From NCBI GenBank assembly GCA_001600695.1, contig BCKQ01000003.1:904654-968653 (forward strand): a DNA stretch of 64,000 nt, written 5' to 3'. The translations under genes and the position numbers were made by a program. The notes beneath the pieces are model-generated. The model ran no database searches, was not told the DNA's origin, and was given only the letters and a program-made list of their open reading frames with translations. This DNA comes from Ascoidea asiatica JCM 7603. Its lineage: Eukaryota; Fungi; Ascomycota. Positions 47,243 to 59,977 of this stretch are shown piece after piece (within the stretch, counting starts at the first letter, position 1; every line of letters starts with the position of its first letter).

Positions 47243-48163
47243 ATCGGTGAGCCAAGCTTGTGGTACTTCATTTGCGGTGCTCTTCCTGGGCTTTTTACAC
47301 AAATCTCTTTTAATATCAGAGACATTTTGAGGAGTAGAATTTGACACCTCTGTTTGGAAAGCAGAAGAGCGGTCGTGGAGTGTGCAAAACTGGTGCTCTG
47401 GCATGGCTCTGCGTCGCACACCGCTTTTGCCATTGCTTTTGTTTCTCCCAGTGAAGGTCTCCGCACGGGGAACATGCTCCGGATTACACTAGATCCACCA
47501 AACGGGACTTGTCAAAAATAGCCGTTCCGCGGTGACTCTGGGTTTTATCCATGCGGATTTGGTAACACTGATTCCATTTCTGGAGGGCCACCGAGCACTC
47601 AAACGTGGTGGGTCTACTCTCCCTCTGTGGGCTGTGCATCTGTTGTACACACTTCTTAGTGATTCACAATTACGCAGTTTCTCTTCTTCTTTCACTTTCT
47701 GTTAATGAAATATAATAAATAATAAATAATAAATAATAAATAATAAATAATCAAACAAATCAAACAAATCAAACAAATTTTGAATTGGTTTCTTTTAAAA
47801 TTTAAATTCATTTTCTTTTTGCGAGAAAATTTAACATTTAGTTACTGATTGTATTGTATGTATTATTATTAATAGGCATTATTATTATGCTTGGTTTTCA
47901 ATCACTTTCTATAAAGTTTCCTATAAATACTGATATATTTCTCCCATTATATTTTTCATTGATTTCTTATTTTCTATTGATATATATTTTTAATTTTAAA
48001 AAACAATACAATAATAATAAGATAATCTTTTTAATATTTTCCTTTATTTAATTTTCAATTATAAATTTCTATTTACTTCTCTATTTCCATCTCATATATC
48101 TCATATATTTCATATATCTCATATATCTCATATATCTCATATATCATATATATATTTCATTTA

Positions 48164-50524
48164 ATGGCCTTAATCTCAAATTCTCAAGTCTTAAATCTAA
48201 TCAATTCAAATTTAAATTTAAATTCTTTAAAACCTTTAAATAATATTAATAATTTAAAAAAATTTTCTTTTTTTAATCATTTACCAATTGAAATTATTGA
48301 AATTATAATTGATTTTATTCCTCAAAATGATTTAGTTAATTTTTCAAAATTAAATTATTTTTTTTATAAACTTTCAATAAAAAAATTATATAAAAATATA
48401 TTCTTAACTGATTTAAACATTAATTTTAATAATAATAAATCAACTACAACCACTACTACTAATAATAACTTAAATTTAAATTGGTCAATTTTAAATTCAA
48501 ATAAAATTAAAAATTTTGAAAATTCTTTATCAAATAATAATAATTTATTATTAAAAATTCAAAATTTTATAATAAAAACTGAAATTAATGGTTTAATAAA
48601 AATTCCTTTATATTCTTTTAATTATCGTTATGAATTTTTAAATAATTTAAGTTTATTTACTGATTATATTTTAACAAATTGTCCAAATTTAAAAAATTTT
48701 CAAAATGTTCAAAAATTACCAAATCCTTTATTAAATTTACCAAATACTAATTCAATCAATAATTTAAATACAAATTCAAATATAAACGCTGATATAAACG
48801 CTGATATAGACGCTGATATTACTTTAAATTTCTCAAATAGTAATTCATCTTCATCTTCATCTTCATCTTCATCTAATTCTTTATTATCTTCTTCAACAAC
48901 TTCTTCAATTCAAGTTTTTGATCCTTATGGCGCTAAAAATTCTTTAAATAATTTAAATGATTTAATGTATTTTGAAATTGATTCTTTATCTTATTATCCA
49001 AATATTAAAAATTTATCTCTTATTTTACAAAATTTAAATGATCATTTTTATTCATCTAATAATATAATTTCAAATCCTTATAAAAATAATAAAATTTTAT
49101 CTAAAAATTTTTGTATTTATTTATTTAAAAATATTGAAAATTTATCAATTTTTTCTAATTTTCAATTAGCTTTAAAATTTTTTTATGATTTAAGAAATTC
49201 AATTAATTATCATTATAATATATTTGATTTAAAATCTCAAAAAATTCATTTATCAAATTTAAAATTAAAACTTGATTCTTTAACTTTAAATCATTGTCAT
49301 AGTTATTCTAATACCTCCAATAATGAAAATAATAATAATAATAATAATAATAATCCTATAAGATTTATTGAAAATCATTCATGTGGAAAATTAAATTTTG
49401 AAATTTTAGATTCTTTAATAATTTTAAAAGATTTAAAAGAATTAAATCTTAAAATTAATTGTTATAATAAAAATTGTTTATGTTTAAAAAATTTTATTAA
49501 AAATTTAAATTTAAAATTAATTAATAATCCTTTATCAAATTTAAAAAGTTTAACAATAATTTTTGAATTTAATATTAATGATAAAAATTATTTAATTAAA
49601 AAATCAAATTTATTAAAATATTTATATGATAATTTTAATAATACTAATATTAATTCTAAAATTAAATATTTAAATTGTTTTTTCAAATTTGGTAATTCAA
49701 AACAATTAATCAATTTAAATAATAATAATATTTTAAATTTTAAAAATCAAATTAATAGTTTTAATGAAAAATTTTCAAAATTAACTTCAAATGAAATTAA
49801 TTCTAATAAAAAAATTATTTCTAATACTCAAGTTTTTAATAATTATATTAATTATTTATCAAAATCAAATAATTCAAATTTTTTATTCAAATCATATAAA
49901 AATATGATAATCAATAATCCATTTTCAAGATATTTAATGTTACCAGATTTTATTTTATCTTATTTTTTACCTTTGATTTATAATAAAAATTTCAAAATTA
50001 TTAATGATAATTTATCATCTTTAAAAATCTCAACTCTTACAACTTTTTATAATCTTGAAAATTTAAATCCTTTATCTAAGTTTTTATTATCTTCAAATTG
50101 TAATTGTAAATCATGTTCAATTTTAAAAAATTTTGATATAAATCATAAAAATATTTATTCATTAATTATTAATGAAAATTTTCTTTTAAAACTTTTAATC
50201 AAAATTAATCAACTAAGAGTTTTTTCAAATTACAATTCAACAATTTTATCAAATTTCTTTAATTTTCCAATTTTATCAAATTCAAAATTTATAAATGAAT
50301 TAATTAATGAAAATAAAGAAATTGAAAATTCTTCATCTGATGATTTAAATTTAATTTTACGTATCATTTGTCATTCATTTTTACCAATTATTAGTCAAAT
50401 GTTATTAGGTAATGAAAATAATGAAACTTTACTTAATTTACAAAAAGTAATGATTGGTGGCTTTTTTTATCAAATTAGAAGAGATTTTAATGGAAATAGA
50501 TATTTTGAATCAATTTATGACTAA
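48164..50524 (+). CDS. F-box protein, Roy1 (YMR258C)-like
   Basis: F-box FNHLPIEIIEIIIDFIPQNDLVNF...KKLYKNIFL; LKELNLKINCYNKNCLC, CNCKSC and terminal SIYD parallel recalled Roy1 features. Confidence 0.65.
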   Translation: MALISNSQVLNLINSNLNLNSLKPLNNINNLKKFSFFNHLPIEIIEIIIDFIPQNDLVNFSKLNYFFYKLSIKKLYKNIFLTDLNINFNNNKSTTTTTTNNNLNLNWSILNSNKIKNFENSLSNNNNLLLKIQNFIIKTEINGLIKIPLYSFNYRYEFLNNLSLFTDYILTNCPNLKNFQNVQKLPNPLLNLPNTNSINNLNTNSNINADINADIDADITLNFSNSNSSSSSSSSSSNSLLSSSTTSSIQVFDPYGAKNSLNNLNDLMYFEIDSLSYYPNIKNLSLILQNLNDHFYSSNNIISNPYKNNKILSKNFCIYLFKNIENLSIFSNFQLALKFFYDLRNSINYHYNIFDLKSQKIHLSNLKLKLDSLTLNHCHSYSNTSNNENNNNNNNNNPIRFIENHSCGKLNFEILDSLIILKDLKELNLKINCYNKNCLCLKNFIKNLNLKLINNPLSNLKSLTIIFEFNINDKNYLIKKSNLLKYLYDNFNNTNINSKIKYLNCFFKFGNSKQLINLNNNNILNFKNQINSFNEKFSKLTSNEINSNKKIISNTQVFNNYINYLSKSNNSNFLFKSYKNMIINNPFSRYLMLPDFILSYFLPLIYNKNFKIINDNLSSLKISTLTTFYNLENLNPLSKFLLSSNCNCKSCSILKNFDINHKNIYSLIINENFLLKLLIKINQLRVFSNYNSTILSNFFNFPILSNSKFINELINENKEIENSSSDDLNLILRIICHSFLPIISQMLLGNENNETLLNLQKVMIGGFFYQIRRDFNGNRYFESIYD

Positions 50525-51735
50525 AAGTTTTTCCCTTTATTATTAACAACTTGCATGCCTCTTTTTTTATTCCTTTTTTTTTAATCCTCTCTCATTTCAT
50601 TTCAATGTCTTTTTTTAAAAAAATCATTCTTCAATTCAATTCAATGATTTTTTATTTTTATTTTTCACATTTCATTTAAGTATTTTATATTTACTTCAAT
50701 TTTTTCATTTCATCTCATTTTTTGATTATATTAAATTTTATTATTTTTTTTATTTTTTTATTGTGTAATGACCACTCTTTTATGACGAAAATATGCCTGA
50801 AAATCTTATATGGGATTCAAGAATATTATCATGTTTTCATTTCGTTTCGGAATAAACCAAAAGAACACTTATTATCAGTTTCTGTAAATATTAATGCATT
50901 TCATATCTAATTTACTGTTATATTTATTTCCTTTTTGTGTAGATTATTTTTATTTGCGAAATAAAATCGATCTGAGTCATTTGAATCATTTGAATCACTG
51001 ATTTCATCTTTCATATTCACTAACTCGATTAAGCCATTTGAATCATTTTTTTGAATCATTTCAAATAAAAGTAAAAAAACAAAAATTCAAAATTTTGAAA
51101 TCACTGAAATTTCAAAATTTCCCGAACTCAAAAATTTCCCGAACTTTTTTTTTTTTGAAAAAGTATTTCTGTCCCGGTACTGAGTTTACTCGGTTAAAAG
51201 AAACGCGCGGCATTTAATTTAAAAAAGGTAATTTTTCGACGTTTTCAGTAAGTTGTACAGCCTCGGTTCCAAAGACGTATTTAAATCATTAATTTTATTG
51301 AAAAAAAAGATAATTCACCAAATTCAACAAACTTCTTCAAAATATCACCATTTTTTTATTTTATTCTCTCATTCATCATTTTTACAAGCAAGCCCTTTTA
51401 ACTTGGGTTTAAAAGAAATGAAATTCATGCTTCTTGAATGACGAAAATGTCGAGAATAGAAATTATGATAATAATTTTTTAAATTTTTTTCTAATTGGTT
51501 TCTTAAATCTCCTAAATCATTATATCCAGCAAATTTTAAATGGTGTTAAAAAAGAAAAATCAGGAGAAAATAATTCAGTACTAATAACTGGTAAAATAAA
51601 AAAAACATATATTACAATTAATTGAATTACTATAGCAATAAATAAACTGTACATGCAGTATATATAATTTTATTTTAAGCTACACTAAGATTTATTTCAA
51701 TTTTGATAAAAGCACCAACACAAGCAAAATATCTT

Positions 51736-54378
51736 TCACTTTTTTTTGGTAGAATTAGAATAATTTGTTATATTAAGTATTCCCAAATAACTAGCCAACT
51801 CTTTTTTTTTTCTTTCTATACTTGCATTAGCATCCAAATGTATATCGTAGAAACTGATAAAAGAATTCAAATCTGTTTCAGATAAATTATCCAACTCAAG
51901 TGCTGAATTGATTATTGGTAGACTTCCATAGATTCCTTCACCAGGAATACCTCCATTTTTAAAAGGTATTTGATGAATTGGTAATCCAATTTTCTGTCTA
52001 TCTGTATTTTCTTGACGTATTAATTTTTTATTAATTTCTTTTAACATTTTTATAACTATTGAAAACTTTTCTTGACTAGCATTATTTGAATTTTCTGATG
52101 CAGTATTACTAGTATTTTCAACTGAAGTTAATTCTTGATTAGGATTTGAAGAGTCATAATTTTTTTGAATTTGAACATTTTTGGCATTAATATTTAAATT
52201 AGATTCATCTTCATCATTTTTATTATCATTTTCTGACATATCTGATACTTTATCAGGATTATTTTTATTCGGTATTTCATTTTTGGATTTATTCTTAGAT
52301 TTTGTTTTATTTTTTCTAGTATATTTCCTTTTTTTTGTTTTAGTTTCAACTTCACTTTTGATTTCATCATTCTCTTCAGCCACATCACTAAGATTATGTA
52401 TATTATTATCAATATCTTCATCAATATTAGATGATAATTTATTAAGATTATTATTAGCCGAAGTAGTAGTAGTAGCAGAAGAAGAAGAAGAAGAAGAGGT
52501 CTCTGAATTTTTTTCATCTCTTTTTCTTTTCCTTCTTAAATATTCAGTTTTTAAAGGAAATTTCGGTTCATGATAAATTTTGTGAACTTTTGCTAATAAA
52601 TCCATAAATTCACTACTTTTTGTATACTTCATTTGGTTTAAATTACTATTAGAACTTTCACTCGGTGTTGAACCCTTTATAGTCTTATTTTCAGAAGAAA
52701 GTGTAGATTGTTCTGGTGAAACAGAAGTATTAGAATTATTTAAATCTGGAGAAGAATCATTACTATTTCTATTAAATTTAGTTGGATTTGAATTTTCTTT
52801 TTTATTTGAAAAAGGTTCAACAAAATTATTATGATAATCGCTAATCATTTCTCTTACTTTTCTTGGTAAATAATCTATGGCAGCATAAAATCTATCAGGT
52901 TGATTATTATAAGTCCAAAGATTATAATTATCACTAACAACTTTCCAATTTGAAGCATCTTCAAAAGGATTATGTTCAGAAACTTCTTTTAATAAAGCAA
53001 TTTTATTTTCTAATTTAAAAAAATGTTTTGAAGTTCCTTTACATTTTGGATAAGATACACTTGATTTTCGACTGGAATTTGCACTTAAAAGTAAATCTTG
53101 ATTTAAATCTAAATTTGAGTCTTGATTTGAATTAGATTTTAAATTTTGATTCAAATTTAAATTGGAACTCAAATTAGGATCCAAATTAGGATCCAAATTA
53201 GAATCCAAGTTAGTATTTAAACTAGAACTCAAATTAGGATCTAAATTAGGGTCTAAATTAGGATCCAAGTTAGGATTTATATTAGGATCCAAGTTAGGAT
53301 TTATATTGGGATCCAAGTTAGGATTTATATTGGGATTCAAGTTTGGATTCATATTAGGATTCATACTTGGATTCATATTTGGATTTATATTTGGATTCAT
53401 ATTTGGATTCATATTTGGATTTATATTAGGATTTATATTTTGAGTTAAATGAGGATTTATACTTGGATTCATATTAGGATTTATATTTGGATTCATATTT
53501 GGATTCATATTTGGATTCATATTATTCATATTTAAATTCATATTTGGATTTAAATTAGGATTCATATTTGAAATTAAATTAGAATGTTGATGAGCATTTG
53601 ATTGATTTTGAAAATTTTGAAAAAAATTATTATTAGGATTTGTAGATAAAGAATTTGAAGATAAAATTAAAGAAGTAGTATTAGAATTAGCACTATTATT
53701 ATTTGAATTAGTTGTAACATTAAGATTTGTAGAATTTTGATTATTTTGTAAATTTGAATTAAGCGAAGAAACAGGTAATATATTAGAATTATTAATTAAT
53801 GGAGTCGAATTTGAATTTGAAGTAAAAGAATTTAAATCTAAATTTTGTGATAATGGAGTACTTAAATTTGAACGTTTTTTAGTAATAATATTATTATTAT
53901 TATGATTAATAATTTTTGGAGAAAAATTTGAGAAATCATAAACAAGATTTGTATTTGGATTATTATTTGAATCTAAAATATTAACATTATTAGCATTTGA
54001 AGTATGTGTTAAAGATAATTGATGAGAAGAATTTGATTGAAGATGTACATTTATATTTGAGTTTTGATTTTGATTTTGATTTTGATTTTGAAATTGAATT
54101 TGACGCTGATGATTATGATGTTGTTGTTGTTGTTGTTGGTGTAATCTAGATTGATTTTGAAAATTAGAATAAACAGTTGAAATAGAAGAAATGTTTTGAT
54201 GAGAAACAGAATTAGGCAGGACATTATGTAGTTGTTGTTGTTGTTGTTGTTGCTGTTGCTGCTGCTGCTGCTGCTGATTTTGCTGTTCTTGAGATTGAGT
54301 ATTGGCGTTAATATTTGGATTGAATTGATTTTGATATGCTTGATCATCATCATTATTATTGGATTGAAATGGCAACAT
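51736..54378 (-). CDS. N/Q-rich probable nuclear protein with a SANT/MADF-like segment and a Mug135-like C-terminal domain
   Basis: 880-aa ORF; FKLENKIALLKEVSEHNPFEDASNWKVVS; basic NLS-like RRKRKR; IPFKNG...LPIINSALELDNLS...FY...RKKKELASYLGI. Confidence 0.6.
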   Translation of the reverse strand: MLPFQSNNNDDDQAYQNQFNPNINANTQSQEQQNQQQQQQQQQQQQQQQLHNVLPNSVSHQNISSISTVYSNFQNQSRLHQQQQQQHHNHQRQIQFQNQNQNQNQNSNINVHLQSNSSHQLSLTHTSNANNVNILDSNNNPNTNLVYDFSNFSPKIINHNNNNIITKKRSNLSTPLSQNLDLNSFTSNSNSTPLINNSNILPVSSLNSNLQNNQNSTNLNVTTNSNNNSANSNTTSLILSSNSLSTNPNNNFFQNFQNQSNAHQHSNLISNMNPNLNPNMNLNMNNMNPNMNPNMNPNINPNMNPSINPHLTQNINPNINPNMNPNMNPNINPNMNPSMNPNMNPNLNPNINPNLDPNINPNLDPNINPNLDPNLDPNLDPNLSSSLNTNLDSNLDPNLDPNLSSNLNLNQNLKSNSNQDSNLDLNQDLLLSANSSRKSSVSYPKCKGTSKHFFKLENKIALLKEVSEHNPFEDASNWKVVSDNYNLWTYNNQPDRFYAAIDYLPRKVREMISDYHNNFVEPFSNKKENSNPTKFNRNSNDSSPDLNNSNTSVSPEQSTLSSENKTIKGSTPSESSNSNLNQMKYTKSSEFMDLLAKVHKIYHEPKFPLKTEYLRRKRKRDEKNSETSSSSSSSATTTTSANNNLNKLSSNIDEDIDNNIHNLSDVAEENDEIKSEVETKTKKRKYTRKNKTKSKNKSKNEIPNKNNPDKVSDMSENDNKNDEDESNLNINAKNVQIQKNYDSSNPNQELTSVENTSNTASENSNNASQEKFSIVIKMLKEINKKLIRQENTDRQKIGLPIHQIPFKNGGIPGEGIYGSLPIINSALELDNLSETDLNSFISFYDIHLDANASIERKKKELASYLGILNITNYSNSTKKK
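53165..53570 (-). repeat. Coding 12-bp minisatellite encoding ([ND]PN[MIL])n
   Basis: Plus-strand units such as GGATTCATATTT, GGATTTATATTA, GGATCCAAGTTA. Confidence 0.9.
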
Positions 54379-57091
54379 AATTAATTATTTTCAAAAAAAC
54401 AAAACAAAAGAAAAAAAAATGAAAGAAAAATGTGTTTATTTTTTTGATTAATTTTTTGAATATTAATTTGATTGATTCAGTTAGTAGTTAATAATAACTA
54501 ATAACTAGTAACTAGTAATTTAAAGTATAATAAGTAATGATTTAGTTAGGAATATATCTTTTTTAGTAATTAAAAAAAGTAAAATTAAAATTTAAACTAA
54601 GATTTTGGTATATAAAAGATAATAATTGAAGTTCAATTTATGAATACTTAAATTTAAAGCTAGTTGAATTGATTATTATAAGGTTTAGACCTTATTGAAA
54701 ATGATATATTGTATATGATATGGGATATAAGTTATGGATTATTAGTTATAGAATATAGGATATAGAAAATAGAAAATAGAATATAGAATATAGAATATAG
54801 AATAATTGAAATAAAATTTAAAATTGAATATGTTCTTAGTCAAAGGAGTGTCAGTGGGATATTAAGGAAATTAATTATTGGAATATTTGAAGATTTTGTA
54901 AGATTTTAAAGCAGAAGCAGACTAAAAAAAAGAACTTTTGAATTTTTTTTCTCTGAATAGGCTTTAATGTTATTATTATTATTATTATTATTATTATGAT
55001 TATTATTATTATTCACAGGTTAGAGAACTAGGCTGATATATGATATAAAGAGAAATAAGAGAATAGACTAGAATATTTCCAAAAAATATTGTTGTTATTC
55101 TGTCTATTTTCTCTTTTATCTATTATCTATTATATATTATCCTTTATCTTTTTTCTTTTCTCTTTTTTATCTTCTTTATATTATCAGTTGTCTTATATTA
55201 TTATCTGAGACTTTATGATGACTATTGATGACAATAACTGACAATTAATACAGCAATAAATGAGTATTTGATAATAATTATCAATGATGATGTTGAAAAG
55301 AAAAAGAAATTGAGAGTATGAAGACTGGCTTCAGATTCAGAAAAAAATGACTGGTTTCTAAGAGTGAAGGAGATTATTCTGATTTCGGCCAACACTCAAA
55401 GTTCTAAATTTCCAGATTTTGTTTATTTTATTGAATATATTACTGAATTTACTGAATTTACTGAATTTACTGAATTTATTAAATTTATTAAATTTTTGAA
55501 AATTTTATTTGTTTATTAAAACTCTGTTTTTTTTTTTGTTTGTCAAAGTTCAAAAACTTCTAAATTTGCAAAAATTGTGAAGTTTTTTAGGTAAAATTTA
55601 TGAAATTTCTAAACTTGTTAAATTTGTTAAACTTGTTGAATTCCTTAAGTTTCATAGATTTCTCGCAAACTCAAAATTATCGTTACTAGACTCCCAAATA
55701 CTCCCAAATATTGGAATTTATAAATTATTATACTTGCTTATACTTTACAATGCTAATAAGAGAAAACAATGCCTGTTATTAGTAATTTTTAGTAATCTTC
55801 TCAAATACTTGAATTTTTGATTGTTTACTTCTTGTTGTTTTTATTATTATTTTATTATTATTTTATTATTATTATTAATTAATGAATAAACCAACCTCAT
55901 TTAGAAGAGCAAACCGCTCATCATTTGCAAGCTTGCAAGTAAAGCATTTTTTTCTTTATTTCAATACTTTTACTGCTACAGCAAAATTCGGGAGAATTTG
56001 CATTCTTTCGTGCTTCTGGATCGAGAAGCAAGCACGTATACGTTCTTATAAAAATCTTATAAAAATCTTATAATAACGAATAATTATACTTCGGTATTAT
56101 AAGGCTTACTTCCGTTCTTGTTCATTTTCCCATTTCTCATTTCATATTTCATATCCTTGCCAATTTAAGGATTTGAATTGTGAATGATACGATACGAATT
56201 GTGAATTAAATTTAAATTCCTTTCATTAAGGAAAACAAAAAAAAAAAAAAAAAATAAAATAAATAAATAAATCATTCATTTTCAATAGACTTGGCAGACA
56301 AAGTATGATACGAGCAGGCAATTGAATTCAATTGCCATGTCTTATCAAATTTGTTTCTATTATGTGTTAATAAAGTTGAGTAGATGTATTTCCAACGCAA
56401 GTCAAACGCAAGTCAAACGCAACTTCATCACATTCTATACGCAACAATTTCATGTTATTCTTACATCAATAGTTTTAGAAGGGACTCCGGTTTTTCCGGG
56501 TCATCAATTGAAGACAAGTATACAGCCCTAGACGTATAATTACTACTTTAAACATATGCCCCTTCATCCCTTACTATATTAGGATGCCCGTATTAAGAGT
56601 GCACTGTATTCAAATGTAAAACAACGTACTGTTTAACATAGCCTTTTTTTCCTCGGTTAAGAATTTTTTTATTTTAATATTAAAATCATACTAATTTCTT
56701 TGTGATATCAATTATAATCCCGAGGAACGAAGTTGTTTATTTTTAAGCCCGCAGAAAAAGTACAGATGATGACAGCACGTTAAATTACATTTTGACACAT
56801 AAACTTTAATGCACAATCACCAGCCCCATGTTTTATGGCAAGTATCCTTGTCTATGTGGCTTGTTAGAAAATTTTGTGGGAAATTTTATCACCAGCGGGT
56901 TTTTATTTTCAAATGACCCATCCTAAATATTTCCTACTGTAGTGTAACTAGCTTTTCTGTAAATTACTTTGTTTGTTGTCCTAAAATTTTGTTGTAATTA
57001 TTATCGTCACTTTATTGTATTTGATACGATTTTACTAATGATTGATAGTGTTATTAAATTATATATCTATAATAATAATAATAATAAATAA

Positions 57092-57814
57092 TTAAATATA
57101 ATCAGGATGAATAACAACATTAATAAAAATTATAAATAAATTTATTATATCAATATAAAATGTAATCAATCCAATTATAACTTGATTTGGATAAACTCTT
57201 TTCATTATTAAACTTGTATCAATTAAAACATATGATAAAAATAAAATACTTAAAAACCAACTTATTAAAATACTATTAAAATTAAATTCAATAAATTTAT
57301 TTAAATAAAAATCTTTTAAATTTATAAATAAAATTCCTAAAATTATTGAAATTAAATTAATTATTGAACCTTCAATACTAATTAAATGAAATTTTAATTG
57401 AAATGAAAATAAAAAACTTCCAATTAATAAAAAAATTGAAATAATTATAGAATTTATAATAATTTTTGTATCAAATAAAAATGAAATTAATGATATTGAA
57501 TAACTTATTGAAAAATTTAATATTAAAAAAATTATTAAATTAATTTTATAATTTATAAATTTTATAAGTTCATATAATATTATTAAATCTAAAGTTATAT
57601 TCAAATTACTTATCCAAAATATCCAAAGATTATTTAAACACCATGAACTAAATTTTTCATTATTAGAAATCATATAATATAAAATCAAATTTAACAGTAA
57701 AATTACTATTAAATATGAATATAATTGTCTAACAAATTTATGTCTTATATAAATTTCATTATATTGAACATATTTCATTTCTTCTTCACAATCATTATCT
57801 TCATTACTGTCTTC

Positions 57815-57853
<39 letters not shown>

Positions 57854-58015
57854 GATAATTTCATTCTCATCACAATTTCTTCCAATATCATTGTCAATTG
57901 ATCCATAGTTATTATTGTTATTATTACTAGTACTAGTACTAGTAAGATTACTATTATCTGAATTAATAGTAACACCACTCATATTCTTCTTACTCATTTT
58001 CATTTTCGTTTTCAT
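57092..58015 (-). CDS. BXI1: Bax inhibitor-1 (TMBIM) family ER protein; first ATG at 58015, exact start uncertain
   Basis: IRHKFVRQLYSYL; about seven TM segments; YVLIDTSLIMKRVYP...FYIDIINLF keeps the TMBIM di-aspartyl pair. Confidence 0.8.
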
Positions 58016-58512
58016 TATCTGTAAATATATAGTCTCTAATTGTCTGTCTGTCTGTCTGTCTCTATTCAATATATTTCATTATTGAATCTTCTTAGTATAT
58101 TACATGCTTTCTTCAACAACTCACTCACTTCTCCTTTTATATCAAATTACTCACTGCTGTAATAAATATTCCTTCAGAGCTCATTTTAAATGAATATTTC
58201 TTAACTTCTTTCAATTCACCAATTTATTTATTTTTCAATTTCAAGTACCGCAAACATGGTCTCGTATCGGTTCCGATTACGTAATTTTTTTATTTTTATT
58301 AAAATCTGCTGTTGAAAATTTGAAAATTTGAAAATTTGAAAAATTCAAAAATTCACAAATTCAAAAATTAAACAAAGATTGAATTGAATCAAAATGAATA
58401 TAAATTATTATTCATTGTTTTTATTCTTATTGATTCCAGGGTTATGAATAAAAGTAATTTGATATATTGAATCAATAGAGAGTAGTTCAAATCAAATCAA
58501 GTTTGTTATAAT

Positions 58513-58990
58513 ATGCCACTCATTCAGAGAAATTTAATCAAAGTTTCTTCATTCTTTTATCCTTCTAGAGTTAATATTTCCAATTTCATTTCAATCAAAT
58601 TCAATCACACATCATCAATTGATAAAAAAAATATTAATAATGATAATATAAATTCAAATATTTCATTACCTGGAATTGTTAAATCAAAATTATCTTTTTT
58701 CAATCAAGAAGAATTAAAAAATTCAAATATAATAAAAAAATGGTTTTCATTTGGTAAACATATTTTAAAATTTCATTTTAATGGTGTTAAAATTTTATAT
58801 TCAAATAATAAATTTATAAAAAAAAATTTATTAAATTCAATTTATATTAATAAAATTAATTATAAAAATATTAATAATATTTATCCTCAATTACTTTCTA
58901 CTTCATTTTCATCTTCAAATTTTAAATTATCTGATTTTAATACTTATGTTTTAAATGAAATTTATATTTCAAATGTTGAATATAAAACTC

Positions 58991-59032
<42 letters not shown>

Positions 59033-59721
59033 TTGAGAAAAATTCTAAAAATTTAGTTAAAAAAAGTATTTTAAATATTAAAAGAAGTGAATATCAATTA
59101 ATATTAAGAACTTTTAATGATTATAATAAATTACCAAAATTTCTTATAATCTTAATAATATTTGAAGAATGTACTCCATTATTAGCTTTATTATTTCCAA
59201 AAATTATACCAACAACATGTTTATTACCTTTTACAAATAAAAAAATATATAAATCAAAAATTGATTTAATTTCAAAAAATAATTTTAAAATTTCAAATTT
59301 AATTAATGATTTTTTTCAAAATCAAAAAACTTCTTATCATTTTACTAAAAATGAATTAATTCAATTAATAAATTATTTTGATATCTCATTTGTAAATTCA
59401 TTTTCATATTCAATTTTTTTATCAATTTTTCCAAAAAAAATTTTACCTTTAGAAATTTTAAGAGATACTTTAAATAATTTTAAAAATGAAATTTTAATAG
59501 ATAATTATTTAATTTTTGTTGAAAAAAATGGGGTTGAAAATTTAAATATTCAAGAATTATTATTAGCATGTTTTAAAAGAGGTTTAATAACTTCAAAAGA
59601 TTATGAATGGATTGATTTAAATGTATTTTATAATGAATTTTCAAATGATAAAAAAAATATAATCAATGAAAAGCTTAGAAAAAGATTATCAGATTTCATC
59701 AGCATTTGTAAATATAAATGA
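58513..59721 (+). CDS. Mitochondrial LETM1-related protein (Pnt1-like)
   Basis: Presequence-like N-terminus; GKHILKFHFNGVK, RSEYQLILRTFNDYNKLPKF..IFEECTPL..PTTC, LNIQELLLACFKRG. Confidence 0.7.
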
Positions 59722-59977
59722 TTTAATATAATTTTTTTTTTTTTTTTTTCAATTTATCTACTTTTCTTTTCATTTCAATTTATTTTATTTCATTTTAATC
59801 TCAAATTTCTTTTCCAATTTCTATTCCAATTTCTATTTACTTCTTTCATCTCATATACAGTATACATATCATAATTCTCTTTTTAGATTTCTTTTACTTT
59901 ATCTGCTTTTCATTTCATCATGTTTATAGAAACTTAATAAAACTTGTCTATTTCAATCATTTAATCACATATTGTCT

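Noticed and set aside
53162-53443. Antisense ORF with LGSK/LGFI repeats, and similar antisense ORFs elsewhere
   Set aside because: Shadow of coding tandem repeats on the opposite strand
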